Part shown: in pieces, positions 13,201-27,203 of the stretch
Layout: the number at the start of each line of letters is the position of its first letter
How positions within the stretch are numbered: position 1 is the first letter of the stretch
NCBI RefSeq assembly: GCF_006345805.1
Contig: NW_021833052.1
Location: 1 to 64,000, forward strand
Source: Octopus sinensis
Taxonomy: Eukaryota
Reading direction: 5' to 3'
Length of the DNA: 64,000 nt
Program-made: the position numbers and the translations under genes
The notes under the pieces: model-generated
Seen by the model: the letters and a program-made list of their open reading frames with translations, nothing else
What the model was told of the DNA's origin: nothing
Database searches by the model: none

Positions 13201-15487
13201 TATGTATGCATGTATGTATGCATGTATGTATGTATGTATGTAAGCATGTATGTATGTATGTATGTATGCATGCATGTATGTATGTCTGTATGTATGTATG
13301 CATGTATGTATGCATGTATGTATGCATGTATGTATGTATGTATGTATGTATGTATGTATGTATGCATGTATGTATGTATGTATGTATGTGCGTATGTATG
13401 CATGTATGTATGCATGTATGTATGTATGTATGCAGTATGTATGTATGTATGTATGCATGTATGTATGTATGTATGTATGTATGTATGCATGTATGTATGT
13501 ATGTGGTATGCATGTATGTAAGTATGTATGTGTGTATGTGTATGTATGTGTGTATGTATGTATGTACATGTATGTATGTATGCATGTATGTATGTATGAA
13601 TGTATGTATGTATGTATGTATGTATGTATGTATGTATGTATGAATGTATGTATGCATGTATGCATGTATGCATGTATGTATGTATGTATGTATGTATGTA
13701 TGTATGTATGCATGTATGTATGTATGTATGTATGAATGTATGTATGTATGCATGTATGTATGTATGTATGTATGCATGTATGTAAGCATGTATGTATGTA
13801 TGTATGTATGTATGCATGTATGTATGCATGTATGTATGTATGTTGTATGAATGCATGTATGCATGTATGTATGTATGTATGTGTGTATGTATGCATGTTG
13901 TGTATGTATGTATGTATGTATGTATGTATGTATGTATGCATGTATGTATGTATGTATGTATGTATGTATGTATGTATGTATGTATGCATGTATGTATGCA
14001 TGTATGTATGTATGTATGTACGTATGCATGTATGTATGTATGTATGTATGTATGTATGTATGTATGTATGCATGTATGTATGTATGTATGTATGTATGTA
14101 TGTATGTATGTATGTATGTATGTATGTATGTATGTATGTATGTATGTATGTATGTATGTATGCATGTATGTATGTATGTATGTATGTATGTATGTATGTA
14201 TGTATGCATGTGTATGTATGTATGTATGTATGCATGTATGTATGCATGTATGTATTCATGTATGTATGTATGTATGCATGTATGTATGTAAGTATGTATG
14301 TATGTATGCATGTATGTATGTATGTATGTATGTATGCATGTATGTATGTATGTATGCATGTATGTAAGTATGTATGTGTGTATGTATGTATGTATATGTG
14401 TATGTATGTATGTATGCATGTATGTATGTATGTATGTATGTATGCATGTATGTATGTATGAATGTATGTATGTATGTATGTATGTATGTATGTATGAATG
14501 TATGTATGCATGTATGCATGTATGCATGTATGTATGTATGTATGTATGTATGTATGTATGCATGTATGTATGTATGCATGCATGTATGTATGTATGTATG
14601 TATGTATGTATGTATGTATGTATGCATGTATGTATGTATGAGTATGTATGTATGTATGTATGTATGTATGAATGTATGTATGCATGTATGTATGTATGTA
14701 TTTGTATGCATGTATATGTATGTATGCATGTATGTATGTATGAATGTATGTATGTATGTATGCATGTATGTATGTATGCATGTATGCATGTATGTATGTA
14801 TGAATGTATGTATGTAAGTATGCATGTATGCATGTATGTATGTATGAATGTATGTATGTATGTATGCATGTATGTATGTATGCATGTATGTATCTATGTA
14901 TGTATGCATGTATGTATGTATGAATGTATGTATGTATGTATGTATGTATGTTTGTATGTATGTATGCATGTATGTATGTATGTATGTATGCATGTATGTA
15001 TGCATGTATGTATGTATGTATGTATGCATGTATGTATGCATGTATGTATGTATGTATGTATGCATGTATGTATGCATGTATGTATGTATGTTTGTATGAA
15101 TGCATGTATGCATGTATGTATGTATGTGTGTATTTATGCATGTATGTATGTATATATGTATGTATGTATGCATGTATGTATGTATGTATGTATGTATGTA
15201 TGTATGTATATTATGTATGCATGTATGTATGTATGTATGTATGTATGTATGCATGTATGTATGCATGTATGTATGTATGTATGTATGCATGTATGTTGTA
15301 TGTATGTATGTATGTATGCATGTATGTATGCATGTATGTATGTATGTATGTATGTGTATGTATGTATGTATGTATGCATGTATGTATGTATGTATGTATG
15401 TATGCAGGTATGTAGGTATGTATGTATGTATGTATGTATCATGTATGTATGTATGTATGTATGTATGTATGTATGCATGTATGTATG

Positions 15488-15519
<32 letters not shown>

Positions 15520-18500
15520 TGTATGCATGTATGTATGCATGTATGTATGCATGTATGTATGTATGTATGTATGTATGCATGTATGTATGTATGTATTATG
15601 TATGCATTATGTATGTATGTATGTATGTATGTATGTATGTATGTATGTGTATGTATGTGGTATGCATGTATGTAAGTATGTATGTGTGTATGTATGTATG
15701 TATGTGTGTATGTATGTATGTATGTATGTATGCATGTATGTATGTATGTATGCATGTATGTATGTATGTATGCATGTATGTATGTATGTATGTATGTATG
15801 CATGCATGTACGTACGTATGTATTTATGTATGTATGTATGTATGAATGTATGTATGTATGCATGTATGTATGCATGTATGTATGTATGTATGTATGCATG
15901 TATGTATGTATGTGTGTATGTATGTATGTATGTATGTATGTATGTGTGTAAGTATGTATGCATGTATGTATGTTTGTATGTATGCATGTATGTATGTATG
16001 TATGTATGTATGTATGTATGCATGTATGTATGTATGTATGTATGTATGTATGTATGTATGTATGTATGTATGTATGTATGTATGTATGCATGTATGTATG
16101 TATATGTATGTAGTTGCATGTATGTATGCATGTATGTATGTATGTATGTATGTATGTATGTATGTGTGTATGTGTGTGTATGTATGTATGTATGTATGTA
16201 TGTATGTATGTATGTATGTATGCATGCATGTATGTATGTATGTATGTATGCATGTATGTATGTATGTATGTATGTATGTATGTATGTATGCATGTATGTA
16301 TGTATGTATGAATGTATGCATGTATGTATGTATGTATGTATGTATGTATGTATGTATGTGTGTATGTATGTATGCATGTATGTATGTATGTATGTATGCA
16401 TGTATGTATGCATGTATGTATGTATGAATGTATGCATGTATGTATGTATGTATGCATGTATGTATGTATGTATGTATGTATGAATGTATGTATGTATGTA
16501 TGTATGTATGTATGTATGTATGCATGTATGTATGTATGTATGTATGTATGTATGCATGTATGTATGTATGTATGTATGTATGTATGTATGTATGTATGTA
16601 TGTATGTATGCATGTATGTATGTATGTATGTATGTATGTATGTATGTATGTATGTATGCATGTATGTATGTATGTATGTATGTATGTATGCATGTATGTA
16701 TGTATGTATGCATGTATGTATGTATGTATGCATGTATGTATGTATGTTTGTATGTATGTATGTATGTATGTATGTATTCATGTATGTATGTATGTATGTA
16801 TGTATGTATGTATGCATGTATGTATGTATGTATGTATGAATGTATGTATGCATGTATGTATGTATGTATGTATGTATGCATGTATGTATGCATGTATGTA
16901 TGTATGTATGCATGTATGTATGTATGTATGTATGTATGCATGTATGTATGTATGTATGAATGTATGTATGTATGTATGTATGCATGTATGTATGTATGTA
17001 TGTATGTATGTATGTATGTATGCATGTATGTATGTATGTATGTATGTATGCATGTATGTATGTATGTATGTATGTATGCATGTATGCATGTATGTATGTA
17101 TGTATGCATGTATGTATGTATGTATGTATGTATGTATGCATGTATGTATGTATGTATATATGTATGTATGTATGTATGCATGTATGTATGTATGTATGTA
17201 TGTATGTATGTATGTATGTATGTATTATGTATGTATGTATGCATGTATGTATGTATGTATGTATGTATGTATGTATGTATGTATGTATGTATGTATGTAT
17301 GTATGTATGTATGTATGTATGTATGTATGTATGTATGTATGTATGTATGTATGTATGTATGTATGTATGTATGTATGTATATGTATGTATGCATGTATGT
17401 ATGTATGTATGTATGCATGTATGTATGTATGTATGTATGTATGTATGTATGTATGCATGTATGTATGTATGTATGTATGTATGTATGTATGCATGTATGT
17501 ATGTATGTATGTATGTATGTATGTATGTATGTATGTATGTATGCATGTATGTATATGTATTATGTATGTATGTATGTATGTATGTATGTATGTATGTATG
17601 TATGTATGTATGTATGTATGTATGCATGTATGTATGTATGTATATATGTATGTATGTATGCATGTATGTATGTATGTATGTATGTATGTATGTATGTATG
17701 TATGTATGTATATGTATGTAATGTATGCATGTATGTATGTAGTATGTTGTATGTATGTATGCATGTATGTATGTATGTATGTATGTATGTATGTATGTAT
17801 GTATGTATGTATGCTGCATGTATGTATGTATGTATGTATGTATGTATGATGTATGTATGTATGTATGTATGTATGTATGTATGCATGTATGTATGTATGT
17901 ATATGTATGTATGTATGCATGTATGTATGTATGTATGTATGTATGTATGTATGTTGTATGTATGTATGTATGTATGATGTATGTATGTATGTATGTATGT
18001 ATGTATGTATGTATGTATGCATGTATGTATGTATGTATTATGTATGTATGTATGTATGCATTATGTATGTATGTATGTATGTATGTATGCATGTATGTAT
18101 GTATGTATCATGTATGTATGTATGTTGTATGTATGTATGTATGTATGTATGTATGTATGTATGTATGTATGTATGCATGTATGTATGTATGTATGTATGC
18201 ATGTATGTATGTATGTATGTATGTATGTATGTATGTATGTATGTATGCATGTATGTATGTATGTATGTATGTATGCATGTATGTATGCTGTATGTATGTA
18301 TGTATGTATGTATGTATGTATGAATGTATGTATGTATGTATGTATGTATGTATGTATGTATGCATGTATGTATGTATGTATTCATGTATGTATGTATGTA
18401 TGTATGTATGTATGTATGCATGTATGTATGTATGTATGCATGTATGTATGTATGTATGTATGTATGTATGTATGTATGCATGTATGTATGTATGTATGTA

Positions 18501-19354
18501 TGCATGTATGTATGTATGTATGTATGTATGTATGTATGTATGTATGTATGTATGTATGTATGTATATATGTATGTATGTATGCATGTATGTATGTATGTA
18601 TGATGTATGTATGTATGTATGTATGTATGTATATATGTATGTATGTATGCATGTATGTATGTATGTATGAATGTATGTATGTATGTATGTATGTATGTAT
18701 GCATGTATGTATGTATGTATGTATGTATGTATGTATGTATGTATGTATGTATGTATGTATGTATGCATGTATGTATGTATGTATGCATGTATGTATGCAT
18801 GTATGTATGTATGTATGTATGTATGTATGTATGTATGTATGTATGCATGTATGTATGTATGCATGTATGTATGTATGTATGCATGTATGTATGTGTATGT
18901 ATGTATGTATGTATGTATGTATGTATGTATGTATGTATGTATGCATGTATGTATGTATGTATGTATGCATGTATGTATGTATGTATGTATGTATGTATGC
19001 ATGTATGTATGTATGTATGCATGTATGTATGCATGTATGTATGTATGTATGTATGTATGTATGAATGTATGTATGCATGTATGTATGTATGTATGTATGT
19101 ATGTATGTATGTATGCTGTATGTATGTATGTATGTATGTATGTATGTATGTATGTATGTATGTATGTATGTATGTATGCATGTATGTATGCATGTATGTA
19201 TGTATGTATGTATGTATGTATGTATGTATGTATGTATGCATGTATGTATGTATGTATGAATGTATGTATGTATGTATGTATGTATGTATATATGTATGTA
19301 TGTATGCATGTATGTATGTATGTATGAATGTATGTATGTATGTATGTATGTATG

Positions 19355-19386
<32 letters not shown>

Positions 19387-19552
19387 TGTATGTATGTATG
19401 TATGTATGTATGTATGTATGTATGTATGTATGTATGTATGTATGTATGCATGTATGTATGTATGTATGTATGTATGTATGTATGTATGTATGTATGTATG
19501 TATGTATGTATGTATGTATGTATGCATGTATGTATGTATGTATGTATGTATG

Positions 19553-19586
<34 letters not shown>

Positions 19587-21862
19587 TGTATATATGTATG
19601 TATGAATGTATGTATGTATGTATGCATGTATGTATGTATGTATGTATGCATGTATGTATGTATGTATATATGTATGTATGTATGCATGTATGTATGTATG
19701 TATGAATTATGTATGTATGTATGTATGTATGTATGTATATATGTATGTATGTATGCATGTATGTATGTATGCATGTATGTATGTATGCATGTATGTATGT
19801 ATGTATGTATGTATGTATGTATGTATGTATGTATGTATGCATGTATGTATGTATGTATGTATGTATGTATGTATGAATGTATGTGTATGTATGTATGCAT
19901 GTATGTATGCATGTATGTATGTATGTATGTATGTATGTATGCCTGTATGTATGTATGTATGTATGTATGTATGCATGTATGTATGTATGTATGCATGTAT
20001 GTATGCATGTATGTATGTATGTATGTATGTATGCATGTATGTATGTATGCATGTATGTATGTATGCATGTATGTATGTATGTATGCATGTATGTATGTAT
20101 GTGTATGTATGTATGTATGTATGTATGTATGTATGTATGTATGTATGTATGTATGCATGTATGTATGTATGTATGTATGCATGTATGTATGTATGTATGT
20201 ATGTATGTATGTATGTATGTATGCATGTATGTATGTATGTATGTATGTATGTATGTATTCATGTATGTATGTATGTATGTATGCATGTATGTATGAATGT
20301 ATGTATGCATGTATGTATGTATGTATGTATGTATGCATTTATGTATGTATGCATGTATGTATGTATGCATGTATGCATGTATGTATGTATGTATGAATGT
20401 ATGTATGTATGTATGTATGTATATATGTATGTATGTATGCATGTATGTATGTATGTATGTATGTATGTATGTATGTATGTATGTATGTATGTATGTATAT
20501 ATGTATGTATGTATGCATGTATGTATGTATGTATGAATGTATGTATGTATGTATGTATGTATGTATGTATGTATGTATGTATGTATGCATGTATGTATGT
20601 ATGCATGTATGTATGTATGTTGTATGTATGTTATGTAGTATGTATGTATGTATGTATGCATGTATGTATGTATGTATGTATGCATGTATGTATGTATGTA
20701 TGTATGTATGTATGCATGTATGTGTATGTATGTATGCATGTATGTATGCATGTATGTATGTATGTATGTATGTATGTATGTATGTATGTATGTATGTATG
20801 CATGTATGTATGTATGCATGTATGTATGTTGTATGCATGTATGTATGTATGTATGTATGTATGTATGTATGCATGTATGTATGTATGCATGTATGTATGT
20901 ATGTATGTATGTATGTATGCATGTATGTATGTATGTATGCATGTATGTATGTATGTATGCATGTATGTATGTATGTATGTATGTATGCATGTATGCATGT
21001 ATGAATGTATGTATGTATGCATGTATGTATGTATGCATGTATGTAAGTATGTATGTATGTATGTATGAATGTATGTATGTATGCATGTATGTATGTATGT
21101 ATGTATGCATGTATGTATGCATGTATGTATGTATGTATGTATGTATGCATGTATGTATGTATGTATGCATGTATGTATGTATGTATGTATGTATGCATGT
21201 ATGTATGTATGTCTGTATGTATGAATGTATGTATGTATGCATGTATGTATGTATGTATGCATGTATGTATGTATGTATGAATGTATGTATGTATGTATAT
21301 GCATATGTATGTATGTATGTATGTATGTATGCTGTATGTATGTATGTATGTATTTATGTAATGTATGTATGTATGTATGTATGTTATGAATGTATGCATG
21401 TATGTATGTATGTATGTATGTATGTATGCATGTATGTATGTATGTATGTATGTATGTATGTATGTATGTATGTATGCATGTATGTATGTATGTATGTATG
21501 TGTGTGTGTGTGAATGTATGTATGTATGTATGTATGTATGTCTGTATGTATGTATGTATGTTTGTATGTATGTATGTATGCATGTATGCATGTATGTATG
21601 TATGTATGTATGTATGTATGTATGTCTGTATGTATGTATGTATGTTTGTATGTATGTATGTATGCATGTATGCATGTATGTATGTATGTATGTGTGTGTG
21701 TGTGTGAATGTATGTATGTATGCATATATGTATGTATGCATATATATATGTATGTATGTATGTATGTATGCGTGCATGTATGTACGTATGTATGTATGTA
21801 CGTATGTATGTATGTATGTATGTATGTATGTGTGTGTGTGTGTGTGATGTATGTATGTATGC

Positions 21863-21895
<33 letters not shown>

Positions 21896-22000
21896 TGTAT
21901 GTATGTATGTATGCGTGCATGTATGTACGTATGTATGTATGTACGTATGTATGTATGTATGTATGTATGTATGTATGTATGTATGTATGTATGTATGTAT
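9860..22000. repeat. Giant (TATG)n/(CATA)n tetranucleotide satellite, ~12.1 kb
   Basis: Direct reading, with CATG/AATG and rarer variant units. All the MYVC/HTYI ORFs are artefacts. Confidence 0.98.
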
Positions 22001-22200
22001 AACAGAGTATTACAGGGGACAAATGAGAGACGGAAGAACAGGAGGCAGAAGAATACAGAGCGAAACGGGAGAATAGAGAGAGAGTGAAAAGAGAGGAGAC
22101 CAGAGAGGGAAAGAAAAGAATAGAGAGAAAGGGGATAAGAAAATCAGTGAGAGAAAGCGAGACAAGAAAACAGAGTGTAACTGAGAGAAAGCGACGACGG
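22001..22200. repeat. GA-rich purine tract
   Basis: Direct reading. Confidence 0.6.
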
Positions 22201-22450
22201 CAGACGATATCAGGTGTACTGGTAATGTATGTAGAAAATACAATCAAAACCTATAGAATTATAGTTCTTTTCCCAGTAGTGTATATGTATCTCTCAATAT
22301 GGTGAAATAATGAAGTCCCCCATTTTATATGCATATGTAAAAATTTCCCGAGTAGCCAAATTATTTTGTTTTGTTTTCGTAACTCCGAATTATGCGAATG
22401 AGATGGTTTATGTTATAACAGAAAATATCTACATAGTGGCTAGGTAGTTC

Positions 22451-22899
22451 GGATCTTTTCGGTTTGAACGACAGTTTTTAACATAATTTTTAGGTAACTA
22501 AAAAATTTTAAACTTCGTATACTTGTAGAATGTGTTTACAAAACATCTTTTTCTCTTGGCTTTATTGAGAACATTCTATAGTTTGTAAGATATTTGTTGT
22601 TGTTTTTTCTTCAATTTCTGCAATTTCAACCACTCAGTGATATCTATTGGGTTAAAAAGCATTCTGTGCCGTATGAATATGTCCCTCGTTTAAGAAACAG
22701 ATTGGGTTTATTTACATTTGTGAAGAAAAAAATATACCCTTCCCCCACCCCTAACCCTAACCCTAACTAACCCTAACCCTAACTAACCCTAACCCTAAAA
22801 GAGATTGAAATTCAATAGATCGATTCTAGGGTCATAATTATGGGTGACAATTTCATATGACACCGCTAGAAGAAACTGCCGGTCAAACCGAAAAGGTCC
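22451..22899. mobile_element. Non-autonomous TIR element (MITE) carrying internal (CCCTAA)n
   Basis: 26-bp TIRs GGATCTTTTCGGTTTGAACGACAGTT / AACTGCCGGTCAAACCGAAAAGGTCC (23/26 match); telomere-type repeats at ~22750-22796; homologous to 55653-56238 and 25042-25495. Confidence 0.85.
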
Positions 22900-23076
22900 A
22901 AAAAGAGTGGTAAATAGTCCTTTAATGCTAGATAGGAAAACAAAACCAGCAAAAAAATTTGCCAAACGGATCGGTGTTCAGGAAGAAATTAATCGACTCT
23001 ACTGTGACGTTTGCTTATCTTTTCTTATGAGAGAAATAATGTTGAATACCACCATTCTATGATTGTGGAAGAGTCC

Positions 23077-23460
23077 GTGGAGGCGCAATGGCCCAGTGGT
23101 TAGGGCAGCGGACTCGCGGTCATAGGATCGCGGTTTCGGTTCCCAGACCGGGCGTTGTGAGTGTTTATTGAGCGAAAACACCTAAAGCTCCACGAGGCTC
23201 CGGTAGGGGATGGTGGTGATCCCTGCTGTACTCTTTCACCACAACTTTCTCTCACTCTTACTTCCTGTTTCTGTTGTACCTGTATTTCAAAGGGCCGGCC
23301 TTATCACTCTCTGTGTCTCGCTGAATATCCCCGAGAACTACGTTAAGGGAGTCTGTGGAGTGCTCAGCCACTTACACGTTAATTTCACGAGCAGGCTGTT
23401 CCGTTGATTCGGATCAACCGGAACTCTCATCGTCGTAACCGACGGAGTGCTTCCACCACA
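23077..23460 (+). mobile_element. tRNA-derived SINE family B, full length
   Basis: A-box TGGCCCAGTGG and B-box-like GGTTTCGGTTCC; near-identical minus-strand copy at 59184-59561. Confidence 0.92.
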
Positions 23461-24307
23461 GGAAGAGTCCAAACCATGAGTCATCTAATGGTTTCACTAT
23501 TGCTGTATTTGGTTTGCCGTTTGGATGATTTGATAACTAACACAAAGAACGTGTCAGACTGTGTGAAAAACAAAATTGCAAAGCTTGAATATTTACGCGA
23601 AATACTAATAAAGTGCGGTTTGATGTCTGGCAATCTGTCGTTCATCAAATCATTTACGTGTACCAAGCTAAAAAGTTTGACTTTCAGAATCACCAGCGCT
23701 AGAAATAAGCCATGAAATTATATAACGTAAAGTAAATATCGAAATACATCAGAATATCAAAGTGTTACTCGAAATTGATTGTCTAATCAAAGAATTCATA
23801 TGTCTGTCCAATCAAACCAAATTTCACATGTTTATTTACTGTGAAAGACATTCTCAAATTACATAACTATAGAATTATAAAAACATCAAATTACGATACG
23901 ATGAAATTATAGAGTTATGTAAAGAGGAACTAAATTACAAGTTGGATGCGAAAGTTTCGCGTAGAATATTCCTGAATATATAATCAACCTAAATCAGCAA
24001 TTTTATCTTGGACACCGCATATGAGACAGAGTGTGTGAGGGTGAGTAAGTGAGTGTGTGTGCGCGCATGTGTGTGTGTTTATACATATGCAATCGCCCAC
24101 GCACAGATAGTAAGATTGTCTTCATAATGACTTTAAGTTTCGTTTAACAGTTTATTCAACTAAAGTGGTTGAATAAGCCGTTAGGCGAAACTTCAATCAT
24201 CAATCAAAAAGTAATTTAGAATAAATTTGACTCTACACTAAGTATCGAGCCCCGTCACCAACAGTAAATATTCCCTTAATATCCTTAATAAACTTGTTTA
24301 AAATAAC

Positions 24308-24502
24308 CAGGCCTGAAATTTCCGGAGAAGGGGCTTGTCGAATACATCGACTTCAATACTCAACTGGGATCTATCTTATCGATCCCAAAAGGAGGAAATG
24401 TAATGCCGAGGTCGCCAGAATTTGAGCTTAGAACGTAACGAGTTGAAAGAAACACCGATAAACATTTTCTCTAACGTGCTGAAGATTATGTCAGTTTCCG
24501 CC
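24308..24502 (-). mobile_element. tRNA-derived SINE family D, diverged copy
   Basis: Reverse complement resembles the family-D body (ttacgttctaagctcaaattctggcgacc...gatgtattcgac...aaatttcaggcc). Confidence 0.7.
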
Positions 24503-24584
24503 ATATTTGCTTTAAAATAATATATATTCTAGAAATATTAATATTTCTAAGTCTCTCTAAAGGAGACTACGGCAGCGGTACTGG

Positions 24585-24788
24585 ATATTAATAGTTATGG
24601 CTAAGCTAACATGGCAGTCCAAAAAGGATGTCAGCAAGCGGCTGACATCCCCTGTTCGAAGGTTATAATGGACACAGGTTCGTGTGTCACATAGCTAGCT
24701 AGAGGCGATGGCCTCTTGGAGTTAATCAACGGCAGCATTCGTCCTATTTTTTTGGACTACCATGTTAGCATGGCGATAACTATTAATA
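24585..24788. mobile_element. 204-bp inverted-repeat element with three internal perfect hairpins
   Basis: 41-bp terminal inverted repeats (37/41 match); internal stems GGATGTCAGC/GCTGACATCC, GACACA/TGTGTC and AGAGGC/GCCTCT. Confidence 0.7.
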
Positions 24789-25041
24789 TATATTCTGACA
24801 TTCATTCACATTCACATTTCAAATTCTATCCAGGTAGGTTTTAAGTTCCATATCTCTCTCGTCCCTCGTCCATATATTGATTATTAAAAGAATTCGGATT
24901 TCTCCTTGATTGACTATTAAACAAAAATAATTTAAAATATAACAATTAATAAGTACGCAATGAATACAAATCATGGTTTTAATTTCGGTAAAAGACCATC
25001 AAATTTAAGTAGAAAGAGGCGGCCAACATCATTGATCCTAG

Positions 25042-25495
25042 GGATCTTTACCTTTTGACCGACAGATTTTAAAAATAATTGTTTGTAACTAAACACACTT
25101 TCAAACTTCGGACACTGGTAGAATGTGTCATGTAAAACATCTTTTACTCTTAACATTTTTGAGAAAAACTTTTATTTACGAAGTTATTCCACGTTGAAGT
25201 TCTCGTATTTCGGTAATTTCAGCCAATCAATGATGTGTATTCAGCTGAATAAAATTATTGCTGTTGTTTGTCAACAAGAACTTCCGGTGGTGTATATTTC
25301 GTTTTTCACTATTATTTATGACATCCCTAACCCTAAAACCTTAACCCTAACCCTAACCCTAAAACCCTTACCCTAACCCTAAAACCCTTACCCTAACCCT
25401 AAAACCTTAAAACCATTACAAACGCACGAACGATGTCATAAATACAGTGACAAATGAAAATACACCACCGATAGTTGTTGTTGACAAACAACGGC
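25042..25495. mobile_element. Diverged relative of the telomeric-repeat MITE family
   Basis: Starts GGATCTTTACCTTTTGACCGACAG; body similar to the 22451 copy; ~65-bp inverted repeats (25260-25325 / 25432-25495) flank a (CCCTAA)-like core at 25325-25415. Confidence 0.7.
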
Positions 25496-25496
25496 A

Positions 25497-26185
25497 GGTG
25501 GGGGTAGATATAATCGACTTACCCCTCCCACGAAATTACTGGCGGCGAACTGGCAAAATCGTTAGCACGCCAGGCAAAATGCATAGAGGTATTACGTCCG
25601 TTTTTTTTACGTTCTGAGTTCAAATTCCGCCGAGGTCGACTTTGCCTTTCGTCCTTTCAGGGTCAGTAAAATAAGTACCAGTTGACCACTGGAGGTCAAT
25701 GTATTCGACTTAAACCCTTCCCTGAACTTACTGGCCTTGTGCCAAAATTTGAAACCAATATACATTAAGTGGACAAGCTTCTAATATTGCTAGAATGTTG
25801 GGGGAAAATACTTGGTGACATTTCGTCCGTGTTTACGTTCTGAGTTCAAATTCCACCGGGGTCGATTTTGCCTTTCGTCCTTTCTGGGTGGATAAAATAA
25901 GTACTAGTTAATGCAATCGACTTCTTCCCCGAACTTACCTTGTTGCAAAAAGTACAAGTTGACCACTACGTGGGTGAACTAATGTAATCCACTCACCCCG
26001 TCCTCGAAATTATTGGCCTTGTGCCAAAATTTGAAAACAATATTCTTTTCTACTCTAGGCCGAAAGAAGAATATTTCTACTCTAGGCACAAGGACTTGAA
26101 AATTTGGTGGGAGGCGGGATAGTCGATTACATCGACCCTCAGGGTTTCACTGGCATTTATTTCATCGACCCCAACTTGAATTCAA
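25497..26185. mobile_element. Cluster of SINE family D copies and fragments (mostly +; 26045-26185 on -)
   Basis: Best copy 25540-25760: TGGCAAAATCG A-box-like, GAGTTCAAATTCC B-box-like, tail ggccttgtgccaaaatttgaaacc. Boundaries of the fragments are approximate. Confidence 0.85.
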
Positions 26186-26186
26186 T

Positions 26187-26383
26187 AAGGCGTAGGAATG
26201 GCTGTGTGGTAAGTAGCTTGCTTATCAACCACATGGTTCCGGGTTCAGTCCCACTGCGAGGCACCTTGGGCAAGTGTCTTCTACTATAGCCTAGGGCCGA
26301 CCAAAGCCTTGTGAGTGGATTTGGTAGACGGAAACTGAAAGAAGCCCGTCGTATATATATATATATATATTATATATATGTGT

Positions 26384-26419
<36 letters not shown>

Positions 26420-26638
26420 AGGTGTATGTGTGCGTGTGTATATGTTTGTGTGTCTGTGTTTGTCCCCACCAACATCGCTTGACAACCGATGCTGGTGTGT
26501 TTACGTCCCCGTTACATAGCAGTTCGGCAAAAAGAGACCGACTGAATAAGTACTAGGCTTAAAAGGAATAAGTCCTGGATGTCGATTTGCTCGACTAAAA
26601 GCTGCGCTCCTGCATGGCCACAGTCAAATGACTGAAAC
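26187..26638 (+). mobile_element. SINE family A, full length
   Basis: Same head, CORE-like segment, internal microsatellite and 3' part as the other A copies. Confidence 0.92.
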
Positions 26639-26790
26639 GTTACGTTCTGAGTTCAAATTCTGCCGAGGTCAACTTTCCTTTTTCATCCTTTCGGGCTCGA
26701 TTAAATAAGTACCAGTTACGCACTGCGGTCTATATAATCGACTTATTCCCCTGTCTTTCCTTGTTTGTCCCCCTCTATGTTTAGCCCCCT
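26639..26790 (+). mobile_element. SINE family D fragment (alternative tail)
   Basis: ttacgttctgagttcaaattctgccgaggtc...gtttagccccct; same tail type as 31691-32080. Confidence 0.85.
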
Positions 26791-26799
26791 CTCTTCTTC

Positions 26800-27203
26800 T
26801 CTTTTACTCTTTTACTTGTTTCAGTCATTTGACTGCGGCCATGCTGGAGCACCGCCTTTAATCGAGCAACTCGGCCCCGGAACTTATTCTTTTGTAAGCC
26901 CAGTACTTATTCTATCGGTTTCTTTTGCCAAACCGCTAAGTGACGGGGACATAAACACACCAGCATCGGTTGTCAAGCAATGCTAGGGGAACAAACACAG
27001 ACACACAAACACACACATATATATATATATATATATACATATATACGACGGGCTTCTTTCAGTTTCTGTCTACCAAATCAACTCACAAGGCTTTGGTCGG
27101 CCCGAGGCTATAGTAGAAGACACTTGCCCAAGGTGCCACGCAGTGGGACTAAACCCGGAAGCATGTGGTTGGTAGACAGGCTACTTACCACACAGCCACT
27201 CCT
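26800..27203 (-). mobile_element. SINE family A, full length
   Basis: Reverse complement of the A consensus, including the (AGTAAAAG)n tail. Confidence 0.92.

Noticed and set aside
9726-22247. Very long ORFs (up to 1536 aa) of MYVC/HTYI repeats
   Set aside because: They are translations of (TATG)n, which lacks stop codons in most frames.
22750-22796. True telomere or chromosome-fusion site (also 25325-25415 and 55921-55940)
   Set aside because: The tracts are short, internal, and sit at equivalent positions inside a repeated TIR element.
23077-23160. Functional tRNA genes at SINE heads (also 26187, 57441, 57910, 59480)
   Set aside because: A and B boxes are present, but no complete cloverleaf or acceptor stem is evident and each continues into a multi-copy SINE body.
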